Notes: generated by a model from the sequence alone, not told the origin. Counted from the stretch's first letter, positions 8,434 through 17,749 are shown. The stretch: 64,000 nucleotides of DNA from an uncultured Actinomycetes bacterium (GCA_963728665.1 CAVSLG010000018.1:221096-285095); one strand, 5' to 3'. Numbers and translations are program-made.

Positions 8434-10929
8434 ATGCCCCAGGCTCCCGCCCGGCCGAGCGGCCCCGAGCTGCGCCGGGCCCTCGTGCGAGCGGAGCGAG
8501 GGGTGGCGCTCAGCCTCGACGAGACCACCGCCTTGCTCGGCGCCGGGGGCGAGGAGCTGGATCGGCTCCTCGCGATCGCCGCTCAGCTGCGCGACCTCGG
8601 CCACGGCGAGATCGTCACGTACTCCCGCAAGGTGTTCGTGCCGCTCACGATGCTGTGCCGTGACCACTGCCACTACTGCGTGTTCGCGAAGCCACCGGGC
8701 AAGCTCGACGCGCCGTTCCTCACGCCGGACGAGGTCCTCTCGATCGCACGCGCTGGCGCCGAGACGGGCTGCAAGGAGGCGCTCTTCACGCTCGGCGACC
8801 GCCCCGAAGAACGCTACGACGTCGCCCGGGAGTGGCTCGACGAGCGCGGCTTTGAATCCACGCTCGACTACGTGCGGGCCATGGCGATCCGCGTGATCGA
8901 GGAAACGGGCCTGCTGCCCCACCTCAATCCGGGCATCATGAGCTACGAGGAGATCGCCCGGCTGAAGCACGTCGGCGCCTCGATGGGCCTCATGCTCGAG
9001 ACATCGAGCGATCGTCTCTCGGCCAGGGGTGGCCCGCATCACGGCTCGCCCGACAAGGTGCCGGCAGTGCGCCTGCGCACGATCGAGGACGCCGGGCGGC
9101 TGGCGGTGCCGTTCACCACCGGCATCCTCGTAGGCATCGGGGAGACGGCGCGCGAGCGCGCCGAGGCGTTGTTCGAGATCCGCGACCTGCACCGGCGCTA
9201 TCGCCACGTGCAGGAGGTGATCGTTCAGAACTTCCGTGCGAAGCCGGGCACCGCGATGCGCTCGGCACCCGAGCCGGGTGACGAGGAGTTCCTCGCGGCC
9301 GTCGCGACCGCCCGCGTCGTGCTCGGGCCACGCATGCACGTGCAGGCCCCGCCGAACCTCTCCGATCCGGCGCAGCGCCTGCGGCTGCTCGACGCGGGCA
9401 TCGACGATTGGGGCGGCGTCTCGCCGGTCACCCCCGACCACGTGAACCCCGAGAAGCCTTGGCCCCCGATCGATGCCCTGCGCGAGACCACGGCCGCGCG
9501 TGGCAAGACGCTCCGCGAGCGCCTCACCGTGTACCCGGAGTTCGCGGCCAAGCCCGACCCGTTCCTGGCAGGAAAGATGCGCTCACCTGTCGCTGCCTTG
9601 CTCGGCGACGACGGACGGGCGGTCGAAGGGCGGCGGCCGGCCCCGATCCCGTGGCAGGACCCCGACGTGCGCTGGAAGCCGCGCACGATCGCCCTCACGT
9701 TCGCGAAAGAGGGCGGTGCCGGCCTGCGCGAGGACGCCGACGCCGTGTACGGCGAGGCCGACCTCCCGGCCGTGACGTCCGAGTGGGCCCGCAGCAGCGT
9801 CGCGCCCGAACGACTCGAGAGCGAGATCCGGTCGGCTCTGACGAAGGCGTCGGCCCATCGAGCGATCTCCGACGAGGAGGCGCTGGCATTGTTCCGCGCC
9901 GACGGCGCTGCGCTCGACGCGTTGTGCCGCGTCGCCGACGACCTTCGCGCCGATGCCGTCGGTGACACCGTCACGTACGTGATCAACCGGAACATCAACT
10001 TCACGAACGTCTGCTACGTGGGGTGCCGGTTCTGCGCGTTCGCCCAGCGCGAGGTCGACGAGGAGTCGTACACGCTCACGCTGGCGGAGGTCGCCGATCG
10101 GGCCGAGGAAGCGTGGGGCCGAGGCGCGACGGAGGTCTGCATGCAGGGGGGCATCCATCCGGACCTCCCCGGCTCCTTCTACTTCGACGTCGTCGATGCC
10201 GTGAAGCGCCGCACCCCGGCGATGCACGTGCACGCGTTCAGCCCGATGGAGATCCTCAACGGGGCGACGAAGCTCGGTGTGTCGTTCGAGGAGTTCCTCG
10301 CCGAGGCGAAGGGACACGGGCTCGGCACGATCCCGGGCACGGCGGCCGAGATCCTCGACGACGACGTGCGATGGGTGCTCACGAAGGGCAAGCTCCCCGC
10401 AGAAGCCTGGGAGCAGATCGTCCGCACCGCACACGGTCTCGGCATCCGCAGCTCGAGCACGATCATGTTCGGACACGTCGATGCGCCCCCGCACTGGGTC
10501 GCGCACATCCGTCGCATCGGCCGCATCCAAGCCGACACCGGAGGGTTCACTGAGTTCGTCCCGCTTCCGTTCGTGCACCAGCATGCGCCGATCTACCTGT
10601 CCGGCAAGGCGCGCCCCGGCGCGACGTTCGAGGAGAACCTCAGGATGCATGCGATCGCCCGCATCCTTCTCGACGGCCTGATCCCGAACATCCAGGTCTC
10701 GTGGGTCAAGCTCGGCGTCGAGGCGTGCCAGGCGATCCTGCGATCGGGCGCCAACGACTTCGGTGGCACGCTGATGGAAGAGACGATCAGCCGCATGGCG
10801 GGCGCAGAGTGGGGAATCGAGATGACCCCCGACCAGTTCGACGACGCGATCCGAGCGATCGGGCGCACGCCGGCGGTCCGCTCGACCACGTACGACGAGG
10901 TCGAGCGGAAGGAACGTCAGGCATCCTGA
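8434..10929 (+). CDS. fbiC: Bifunctional FO synthase (CofG-CofH fusion, FbiC)
   Basis: Two radical-SAM motifs, CRDHCHYC and CYVGCRFC; YSRKVFVPLT, NRNINFTN and GANDFGGTLMEETISRMAG. Confidence 0.95.
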   Translation: MPQAPARPSGPELRRALVRAERGVALSLDETTALLGAGGEELDRLLAIAAQLRDLGHGEIVTYSRKVFVPLTMLCRDHCHYCVFAKPPGKLDAPFLTPDEVLSIARAGAETGCKEALFTLGDRPEERYDVAREWLDERGFESTLDYVRAMAIRVIEETGLLPHLNPGIMSYEEIARLKHVGASMGLMLETSSDRLSARGGPHHGSPDKVPAVRLRTIEDAGRLAVPFTTGILVGIGETARERAEALFEIRDLHRRYRHVQEVIVQNFRAKPGTAMRSAPEPGDEEFLAAVATARVVLGPRMHVQAPPNLSDPAQRLRLLDAGIDDWGGVSPVTPDHVNPEKPWPPIDALRETTAARGKTLRERLTVYPEFAAKPDPFLAGKMRSPVAALLGDDGRAVEGRRPAPIPWQDPDVRWKPRTIALTFAKEGGAGLREDADAVYGEADLPAVTSEWARSSVAPERLESEIRSALTKASAHRAISDEEALALFRADGAALDALCRVADDLRADAVGDTVTYVINRNINFTNVCYVGCRFCAFAQREVDEESYTLTLAEVADRAEEAWGRGATEVCMQGGIHPDLPGSFYFDVVDAVKRRTPAMHVHAFSPMEILNGATKLGVSFEEFLAEAKGHGLGTIPGTAAEILDDDVRWVLTKGKLPAEAWEQIVRTAHGLGIRSSSTIMFGHVDAPPHWVAHIRRIGRIQADTGGFTEFVPLPFVHQHAPIYLSGKARPGATFEENLRMHAIARILLDGLIPNIQVSWVKLGVEACQAILRSGANDFGGTLMEETISRMAGAEWGIEMTPDQFDDAIRAIGRTPAVRSTTYDEVERKERQAS

Positions 10930-11055
10930 CCAGCGGTCGTCAGTGCGCCTGACGATGGTGTCGACCGTCAGATCGACTTGCGACTTGGCCCCAGGTTCGA
11001 CACGATGGGGTCGACAGACGAGGGATTGAGGCAGGGAACTTCCTCGATGCAGGAC

Positions 11056-11100
11056 TTGTCACCGGGGCGGTTCTTCCCTCAGAATCACATGGATGTGATT
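11056..11100 (+). promoter_or_regulatory. Putative sigma-A promoter of whiB overlapped by a perfect palindrome
   Basis: TTGTCA (11056-61)-N18-CAGAAT (11080-85); AATCACAT-GG-ATGTGATT at 11083-11100. Confidence 0.55.
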
Positions 11101-11117
11101 TCGGGGGGAGAACGAGA

Positions 11118-11345
11118 GTGCATCATTACATCCCTTGGCAAGAACGAGCGCGGTGTCGCGAATACGACCCGGAGATCTTCTTCCCCGAGAAGGGAGGCTC
11201 ATCGAGGGAGGCCAAGCGAATCTGCAGCGAGTGTCCCGTGCGCATCGAATGCCTGAACTACGCCCTCCGTCGTGACGAGCGTTACGGCGTGTGGGGAGGC
11301 ATGAGCGAACGGGAACGCCGACGCCTGAAGCGCATGGCGTCCTGA
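11118..11345 (+). CDS. whiB: WhiB-family Fe-S transcription factor (WhiB/WhiB2-like)
   Basis: W..RARC...DPEIFFPEKGGS.REAKRIC..CPVR.EC and GVWGGMSERERRRL; GGGGAG SD upstream. Confidence 0.95.
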   Translation: MHHYIPWQERARCREYDPEIFFPEKGGSSREAKRICSECPVRIECLNYALRRDERYGVWGGMSERERRRLKRMAS

Positions 11346-11407
11346 GAACGGCCACCACGGTTCGACGAACCGGCTCGACGAGACGACGCAGGGAAAGGGG
11401 AGGGGGC

Positions 11408-11752
11408 ATGGCAGCAGCCAAGAAGACGACCGCGAGGAAGAAGACCGCGGCGCGCAAGCCGGCGGCCCGCAAGAAGACCGCCGCTCGCAAGAAGACCGCG
11501 GCTCGCAAGCCAGCCGCACGCAAGAAGACGACGGCTCGCAAGAAGACCGCCGCGCGCAAGCCGGCGACTCGCAAGAAGACCGCCGCTCGCAAGAAGACCG
11601 CGGCGCGCAAGCCAGCCGCACGCAAGAAGACGACGGCTCGCAAGAAGACCGCCGCTCGCAAGAAGACCGCGGCGCGTAAGCCAGCCGCACGCAAGAAGAC
11701 GACGGCTCGCAAGAAGACCGCGGCTCGCAAGCCAGCCGCACGCAAGCGCTGA
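11408..11752 (+). CDS. Histone-H1-like Lys/Arg/Ala/Thr repeat protein, 114 aa
   Basis: Purine-rich SD; six tandem KKT(T/A)AR-KKTAAR-KPA(A/T)R units; 33 Lys + 20 Arg and no acidic residue; synonymous codon variation between units. Confidence 0.8.
   Translation: MAAAKKTTARKKTAARKPAARKKTAARKKTAARKPAARKKTTARKKTAARKPATRKKTAARKKTAARKPAARKKTTARKKTAARKKTAARKPAARKKTTARKKTAARKPAARKR
11420..11749 (+). repeat. Coding tandem repeat, about 51-bp period built from 18- and 15-bp subunits
   Basis: Recurring aagaagaccgc.gc.cgc and aagcc.gc.gc.cgc subunits. Confidence 0.9.
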
Positions 11753-11772
11753 TCGCGGCTGTCCGTGATCTC

Positions 11773-11797
11773 GAAGGGGGGCTTCCTGCCCCCCTTC
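11773..11797 (+). terminator. Intrinsic terminator-like hairpin after the histone-like gene
   Basis: GAAGGGGGGC-TTCCT-GCCCCCCTTC, a perfect 10-bp stem; weak U-tract. Confidence 0.7.
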
Positions 11798-11852
11798 CGC
11801 GTTCTCCGAGTAGCGTCGTGCTAGGCTCGCCGCCGCTCGGAAGAGCCCTCGC

Positions 11853-14800
11853 ATGACCCAGTCCCCAGCCGCCACGCCCGAGCGCACGCCCACCGTCCTC
11901 GTCGTCCTGGTGGCCCGTGACGCAGCCGCATGGCTCCGCGAGACCGTCGCGGCGCTCGCCGCTCAGTCGTACCCGCGCATGGCCGTGCTCGGGGTCGACG
12001 ACGGTTCCGACGACGACTCAGAGCAGATCTTGGAGCAGGCCCTGGGCGAGCGCCGGGTGATCTCGCTGCCTCGCCCGCGCGGCCTCGCGGGTGCGTTCCG
12101 GGAGGCGATGGAGCAGCCCGCCGCCTCCGAGGCCGATCTCGTCCTCCTGCTCCACGACGACGCCGCGCTCGACCCCGACGCGGTGCAGCGTCTCGTCGAG
12201 GCCGCGGTCGGCATCCGCGGCCTCGACGAGGTCGGCATCGTCGGGTGCAAGGTCGTCGACTGGGACGAGCCTCGCCGCCTGCTCGACGTCGGCCGCTCGG
12301 CGGACATCTTCGGCCACGCGTACACACCGCTGCAGTCGGACGAGATCGACCAGGGGCAGTTCGACCGTGTCCTCGAGGTGCTGTGCGTGTCGTCGGCATC
12401 GATGCTCATCTCGCGACCGGCGTGGAAGCGGGCCGGACTGCTGGACGAACGACTCGACGCCGACCACCAGAGTCTCGATCTCTGCTGGCGGGTGCGGCTC
12501 GCGGGGTTCCGGGTGGTGATGATGCCGCTCGCCCGCGTCCGCCACCGCGACGTCATGCGCTCCCGTGAGCACGCACCGCGCTCGGGACGGCACAGCGTGA
12601 GGTACGAGGAGGACCGCGCTGCGATCGCCACGATGGGCAAGAACTACGGGCTGCTCTCGTTGCTCTGGGTCACGCCGTTGGCGTTGCTGCTCGGGCTGGT
12701 CCGTCTGCTGTTCCTGGCGTTGGCCCGACGGTTCGAGGAGGTCTACGACCTGCTCTCCGCATGGGGGTGGAACGTCGCCCATCTCGGGGGAACCCTCACG
12801 AGGCGCCGTCGCATCCAGCGCGAGCGCCGGGTGAAGGATCGGCAGATCAGGCGCTTCATGGAGACCGCGGGGGTCCGGCTGCCCAGATGGTTCCAGACGG
12901 CAGAGCGCATCCTCGAGGAGCAGCGAGAGATCGACGAGCGCGACGAGGAGGAGACCACCACGCGTCGGCTCCGCGACCGCACCGCGTCGCTCGTCGGATC
13001 GCATCCCGTGATCGTGGGCTCGTTCGTCGCGACGGTCATCGGCGCCGTCACGATCCGTGGGCTCTTCGGAGCTGAGGTCCTCGCGGGCGGGGTCCTGCCG
13101 TCCTTCCCGGTGGCCCCGGACGGGTTCTGGGCAGAGCTGATCTCCGCCTATCGAACGACGCAGCTCGGCGGCACGCTCGCCGCCAGCCCAGCCCTCGGCG
13201 CCCTCGGCGGCCTGTCGTGGCTGACGCTCGGCAGCACCGGTCTCGCACAGAAGGTGGTGCTCGCCGGCGCCCCGGTGCTGGCGGCGATCCTGACCTATCG
13301 GGCGGCGATGCGGCTGACCGGGCGACCCGGTCCGTCGGTGCTGGCGTCCGGCGTGTACGTGCTCTGCGGTCTCACCGTGTGGTCCTTCTCGGAGGGCCGT
13401 TTGGACCTCCTCGTCGCGCTCGCGATCCTGCCGGCCGTCTTCGAACGGGTCGAGACCGCGTTCGGGCCCGAGGCGCCGCCAGACGGACGATGGCGGTTCG
13501 TCGCGGGCGTGGGGGTCACCCTGGCCGTGCTGATCGCGTTCCTGCCCGGTGCGCTGCTCGCGGTGGGCGTGCTCGTCGCGGTCCAGATCGTGGCGGGCTC
13601 GGCGCGGGCCCGTGGTCTCAGCTCGATGGCGCTCGCGTGCGCGATCGCCGCGGTGTTGCTCTTCCCGTTCGTGCCGACGCTCGTAGCAGGAGGCGGAGCA
13701 GCGCTCGTCTCGCAGGTGGGCACGTCCGACCTGCCTCAGCTCGCGCGACTCGCGCCGGGTGGAGGGCCCGGAACCTGGGTGGTGGCGCTCTTCCTGCCGG
13801 TGGCCGCCCTCGTGTCGTTCGCCCTGGTGGGCGCCGAGCTCCGCGGACGCGCGATCCGAGCGATGCTGGTGGCCCTGATCGGCCTGGCGTTGTCGTGGCT
13901 CTCGGCGGCCTGGTGGATCCCGGTGCCGCTGTCGAACCCGCTCGCCTACCTCGCTGTCGCCGCGGTCGCCGAGGTGATGCTGGTGGCCTACGGCGTCTCG
14001 TCTGCGGTCACGGGCCTCGGTCGCGAGGCGTTCGGGATGCGGCAGATCCTGACGGCGATGCTCACGATCGTGATCGGCGGGGGCCTCGTGCTCCAGTCCC
14101 TCGCGGTGCTCGTGGGCGGGTGGGCGGTCGGCGGGCCCGAGCAGGTGCCGGCGGCGTGGTCCGTGCTTGCGAGCACCGCGAAAGGGGACTTCCGGGTGTT
14201 GTGGGTCGGCTCGCACACGAACGACCCGTTCCCCGCGCCCGGTGGCGACCCGCAGGGCGTGGCCGAAGCCGGCGACGCCACCCTGCGCTACGGGCTCACG
14301 GGACGCGACGGCACCGTCGCGATCGACATCGGGCGCCCCGCGGTGGGGTCGGGTCCCGATCACCTCGATGAGGCGCTCGACGAGATCCTCTCGGGCGCGA
14401 CCCGCCACGGAGGAGCGTTGCTCGCACCCTTCGGCGTGCGCTTCGTGATCGCAGCCGATGACGACGTGCCTCCACGAGCGCAGGCGCTGCTCGACGCGCA
14501 GGTCGACCTCGACCTCGTGCCGGCCGCAGGTCTCGTCGTCTACCGCAATGCGCGAGCGATGCCGCCGGCGGCGGTGCTCGAGGACGACCCTCTCTCGATC
14601 GAGGCGATGCGTTCGTCCGAGCCATCGGACATCGTGCGCACGCCCCTGCGCCGAGGATCTTCCCTCGTCCAGGTGCAAGGTGGCTGGGAAGGGGGCGAAG
14701 GCTCGGGCCCGGTTCTCGTCTCGACCGAGTTCCAGGGCGCATGGCAGTTGGAGGGATCCGGAGACACCGCGTTCACTGCCTTCGGTTGGGCGACCGGGTT

Positions 14801-14927
14801 CGACGTCCAGCAGGCGCCCGTCGCCGTGCGGTACGGGGCCCAGATGCCCGCCACGATACAGGCGTGGCTGCTCGCGGTCGTCTGGGCCGCCGCGCTGTGG
14901 ATCACCAGGAAGCCGGTTGCCCGATGA
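11853..14927 (+). CDS. Large GT2 glycosyltransferase fused to a polytopic membrane domain
   Basis: N-terminal GT-A fold (VDDGSDD, LLLHDD, DLCWRVRLAG) followed by more than ten TM segments; usual position downstream of whiB. Confidence 0.85.
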   Translation: MTQSPAATPERTPTVLVVLVARDAAAWLRETVAALAAQSYPRMAVLGVDDGSDDDSEQILEQALGERRVISLPRPRGLAGAFREAMEQPAASEADLVLLLHDDAALDPDAVQRLVEAAVGIRGLDEVGIVGCKVVDWDEPRRLLDVGRSADIFGHAYTPLQSDEIDQGQFDRVLEVLCVSSASMLISRPAWKRAGLLDERLDADHQSLDLCWRVRLAGFRVVMMPLARVRHRDVMRSREHAPRSGRHSVRYEEDRAAIATMGKNYGLLSLLWVTPLALLLGLVRLLFLALARRFEEVYDLLSAWGWNVAHLGGTLTRRRRIQRERRVKDRQIRRFMETAGVRLPRWFQTAERILEEQREIDERDEEETTTRRLRDRTASLVGSHPVIVGSFVATVIGAVTIRGLFGAEVLAGGVLPSFPVAPDGFWAELISAYRTTQLGGTLAASPALGALGGLSWLTLGSTGLAQKVVLAGAPVLAAILTYRAAMRLTGRPGPSVLASGVYVLCGLTVWSFSEGRLDLLVALAILPAVFERVETAFGPEAPPDGRWRFVAGVGVTLAVLIAFLPGALLAVGVLVAVQIVAGSARARGLSSMALACAIAAVLLFPFVPTLVAGGGAALVSQVGTSDLPQLARLAPGGGPGTWVVALFLPVAALVSFALVGAELRGRAIRAMLVALIGLALSWLSAAWWIPVPLSNPLAYLAVAAVAEVMLVAYGVSSAVTGLGREAFGMRQILTAMLTIVIGGGLVLQSLAVLVGGWAVGGPEQVPAAWSVLASTAKGDFRVLWVGSHTNDPFPAPGGDPQGVAEAGDATLRYGLTGRDGTVAIDIGRPAVGSGPDHLDEALDEILSGATRHGGALLAPFGVRFVIAADDDVPPRAQALLDAQVDLDLVPAAGLVVYRNARAMPPAAVLEDDPLSIEAMRSSEPSDIVRTPLRRGSSLVQVQGGWEGGEGSGPVLVSTEFQGAWQLEGSGDTAFTAFGWATGFDVQQAPVAVRYGAQMPATIQAWLLAVVWAAALWITRKPVAR

Positions 14928-16345
14928 GGGCTCGCGGACAGGGGGTGTTGACCCTGGCGGTGGTCGGCATCGTGGCGCTCGGCGCCGTCTCGTTCGAGCG
15001 ACTGGGCACGCGCGAGCCTTCGGGGCCGTCGTCCGGCACCGCGACGTCGGCGACCTGGCTCTGCCCGCACGGGGGCGGGAAGGCGTACGAGGGCGCGGTG
15101 TACCTGGCGAATCCCGGTGACGGCGAGGTCTCGGCCCGGGTGACTCAGCTCTCCGCCGACGGCGCCTCGCGGTCGGCCCAGGTCGTCGTACCGCCGGGTT
15201 CGCAGGTCGAGGTCAGGGTGGACGCCTCCGATCGATCCTCGTCGACGTTCGTGGAGACCTTCGGCGGCTGGCTGGCGGCGGGGTGGCTGGTGCAGGGGGC
15301 GGAAGGCGAAGTGGGCATCGGCGCCGAGCCGTGCGCCCCCGAGGCGAGGCGCGGCTGGGTCTCGGCAGCCGCCGCGACGGGCGAGGGAGACGATGCTTTC
15401 CTCGTCGTGATGAACCCGTTCGACGCCGATGCGGTCTTCGACGTCGCCCTGTTCGGTGCCGACCGGGCGCCGGTGCGGGACTCCAAGCTCACCGACGTCA
15501 CGCTGCGTCCCCGGCGGAGCATGGCGGTCCGGCTGAACGACTTCGCTCAGGGCGAGGAGGGGCTCGGCGTGTCGATCGAGGTCTCCTCGGGCAGGCTCGC
15601 CGCGTCGTCGCTCGTGGTCTCCGAGGACCGCGGCATCGGTAGCGTGATCGCCTCCGGGGCAGCGGGGGAGCGGCAGTTCCTGCTCACATCGACCGGTGCC
15701 GGGCGGTCGGTGCTCAGCGTGGCGGTGCCCACCGTGGCGACCGACCCCGACGATGCGACACCGGTGCCATCCGGGCCACTCGGCTCGGTGTTCGCTGCGA
15801 CCCTCCGCTCGGAGGCACCCCCTCAGCCCGCGGGTGGACTCACCGAGCAAGCGCAGGACCCTGAGTCGGCGGCGGCCTATCCCCTCACGACCACCGGTCC
15901 GTCGGCGGTCGATCTCTCCATCCGTGAGGGTGCACCGGTCGTGGCGGCGTTGCGCACCATCGGGGTGGGCAACGATGGGGGTGCGACCGCCGGGTCATCC
16001 GCCCCCGCCACATCGTGGGTCGTCACACCGACGGTGGCGGGCGAGCCCGCGAGACCGGGCTTGCTCGTGCTGAACCCCGGGCAGTCTCAGGCGTCGGTCT
16101 CGATCACGAGCCTCCCGGGCGATGGAGAAGGATCGCCCGAGACCACGACGATCTCGGTCCTCCCGGGTTCGGTCGCGTGGGTGCCGCGCGAGTTCCTCGA
16201 CGGCGTCGGCATCTCCTCGTTGCTCGTCACCAGCGACGACGTGCCGATCGTGGCGCTCGGCGCGTCCACGTCGCTCGGCAACGAGGGACTCTCCGTCTAC
16301 GGTCTGGCGGCAGGCCTGCCGATACCGGAGCCCGGAACCACCTGA
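14924..16345 (+). CDS. DUF5719-like exported protein
   Basis: ATGA overlap; N-terminal TM; WLCP and repeated L.NP beta-sandwich motifs; synteny after the whiB-GT2 pair. Confidence 0.65.
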   Translation: MRARGQGVLTLAVVGIVALGAVSFERLGTREPSGPSSGTATSATWLCPHGGGKAYEGAVYLANPGDGEVSARVTQLSADGASRSAQVVVPPGSQVEVRVDASDRSSSTFVETFGGWLAAGWLVQGAEGEVGIGAEPCAPEARRGWVSAAAATGEGDDAFLVVMNPFDADAVFDVALFGADRAPVRDSKLTDVTLRPRRSMAVRLNDFAQGEEGLGVSIEVSSGRLAASSLVVSEDRGIGSVIASGAAGERQFLLTSTGAGRSVLSVAVPTVATDPDDATPVPSGPLGSVFAATLRSEAPPQPAGGLTEQAQDPESAAAYPLTTTGPSAVDLSIREGAPVVAALRTIGVGNDGGATAGSSAPATSWVVTPTVAGEPARPGLLVLNPGQSQASVSITSLPGDGEGSPETTTISVLPGSVAWVPREFLDGVGISSLLVTSDDVPIVALGASTSLGNEGLSVYGLAAGLPIPEPGTT

Positions 16346-16413
16346 GAGGTCGACTGGAGCGTGATGCGCCTTCGCGTATCATGTGCCGGTCCGTCGACAC
16401 ACGGACATTGCCC

Positions 16414-17532
16414 ATGGCCAAGGGAACCCACGCACCCGCGCGGAAGCATCGCGCGATCGCCATCGTGGCGATCGTCGCGGGAGTGCTCGTGCTCGCTGCC
16501 GGGGGTGCCGCGTACTCGGCCTACCGCTACGAGCAGTCACGTGCCGACCGCATCCTGCCGGGCGTCACGGTCGGTGGTGTCGACGTCGGCGGCATGACCA
16601 AGGCCGAGGCCGTCGTTGCGGTGCGCGTGGCCGCCGTCACGGCGCTGCAACGCCCGATCGAACTCCAGGCGCGTGGGCGGACCTGGAAGGTCACCCTCGA
16701 GGAGCTCGGTCAGCGTTCCAACGCCGTCGGCGCGGTGAACAGGGCGCTCGGGCTGAGCGAGTCGATGGGTACGTTCTCCCGCTTCTGGCACCGGTTCAAC
16801 GACGACCCGGTGGGTCAGGAGGTCGAGCTGACGTTCTCGGGCGACGGGCGGGTCGACGCCGTGCTCGGGCGGATCGCCCGCGACGTGACCGTGAAGCCCG
16901 TGAACGCCGACATCACCTACGACGACGGACGGCTGCGCTTCGTGAAGCCGAAGCCGGGCCGTGCGCTCGACTTCGTCGAGGCGCGTGCATCGGTGCGCTC
17001 AGCGCTCAAGGAAGGCGGCGCCTCCGACATCTCGCTGCCCGTGTTGAAGGTGAGCCCCAAGGTCACCGAGAAGCACATGCCTCGCACGATCGTCGTCCGG
17101 GTCGACGAGAACAAGCTGTATCTCTACGACGGCTTCGAGGTCGTCCGCACGTGGTCGGTCGCGACCGCGATGCCGGGATGGACCACTCCCCAGGGAGACT
17201 GGAACCTCTATCGCAAGGCCGTGAATCCGACGTGGTACAACCCCGCACTCGACAGCTGGGGCGCCGACCTCCCTGCGATCGTGCCGGGCGGGCCGACCGC
17301 ACCCATGGGCACGCGCGCGCTCTACATCACGGCGCCGGGCCTGATCCGCATCCACGGCACCCCCGCCGACAGCTCGATCGGCACCTACGCGTCGCACGGA
17401 TGCATCCGGATGCACAACTGGGAGATCGAGGAGCTCTACCCGATGGTCGACGTCGGCACGCGCGTGATCATCGTCGGCGCGCGCCCGGGCGACGCGGTCG
17501 AGGGCGACACACCAGCGTCGGTCAACGTCTGA
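16414..17532 (+). CDS. L,D-transpeptidase with peptidoglycan-binding (PG_binding_4-like) region
   Basis: TM anchor; ILPGVTVGGVDVGGMT; catalytic IRIHGT...GTYASHGCIRM; TATCAT -10 at 16376. Confidence 0.88.
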   Translation: MAKGTHAPARKHRAIAIVAIVAGVLVLAAGGAAYSAYRYEQSRADRILPGVTVGGVDVGGMTKAEAVVAVRVAAVTALQRPIELQARGRTWKVTLEELGQRSNAVGAVNRALGLSESMGTFSRFWHRFNDDPVGQEVELTFSGDGRVDAVLGRIARDVTVKPVNADITYDDGRLRFVKPKPGRALDFVEARASVRSALKEGGASDISLPVLKVSPKVTEKHMPRTIVVRVDENKLYLYDGFEVVRTWSVATAMPGWTTPQGDWNLYRKAVNPTWYNPALDSWGADLPAIVPGGPTAPMGTRALYITAPGLIRIHGTPADSSIGTYASHGCIRMHNWEIEELYPMVDVGTRVIIVGARPGDAVEGDTPASVNV

Positions 17533-17575
17533 TCCAACGGCGCCCGTTCTTGTCACACTTCTTGCCCCGCTTCCG

Positions 17576-17660
17576 TTGCCGTCACAAGCCGGAGTGGCGT
17601 AGGGTTTCTCACGTACCCCGTAGCGACGCGATGGGAAACCGGAGCGCCACTGCGGGGTAC
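17576..17660 (+). ncRNA. Candidate small structured RNA or pseudoknot, with possible own promoter
   Basis: Three complementary pairs (17593-99/17645-51, 17603-11/17632-40, 17613-23/17650-60); TTGCCG-N18-TAGGGT promoter-like sequence. Confidence 0.35.
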
Positions 17661-17749
17661 ATCTGTGTGCGGTCTCTTCCAGGCCCCCGATACATCGATC
17701 CCCCGAAGATGCTTGGAGATCACACGCATGTCATTTAGGCTTCGGCGCG

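Noticed and set aside
11059-11745. Antisense ORFs with RAAVFL-type repeats
   Set aside because: Mirror of the histone-like repeat; the plus-strand ORF has the SD, operon context and terminator
11420-11749. Possible CRISPR or non-coding repeat array
   Set aside because: No unique spacers; unit lengths are multiples of three and vary at synonymous positions; no cas genes
17630-17655. GGGAAACCGG and GCCACUG words resembling a cobalamin riboswitch
   Set aside because: Far too close together, the rest of the B12 element is missing, and no B12-related gene follows
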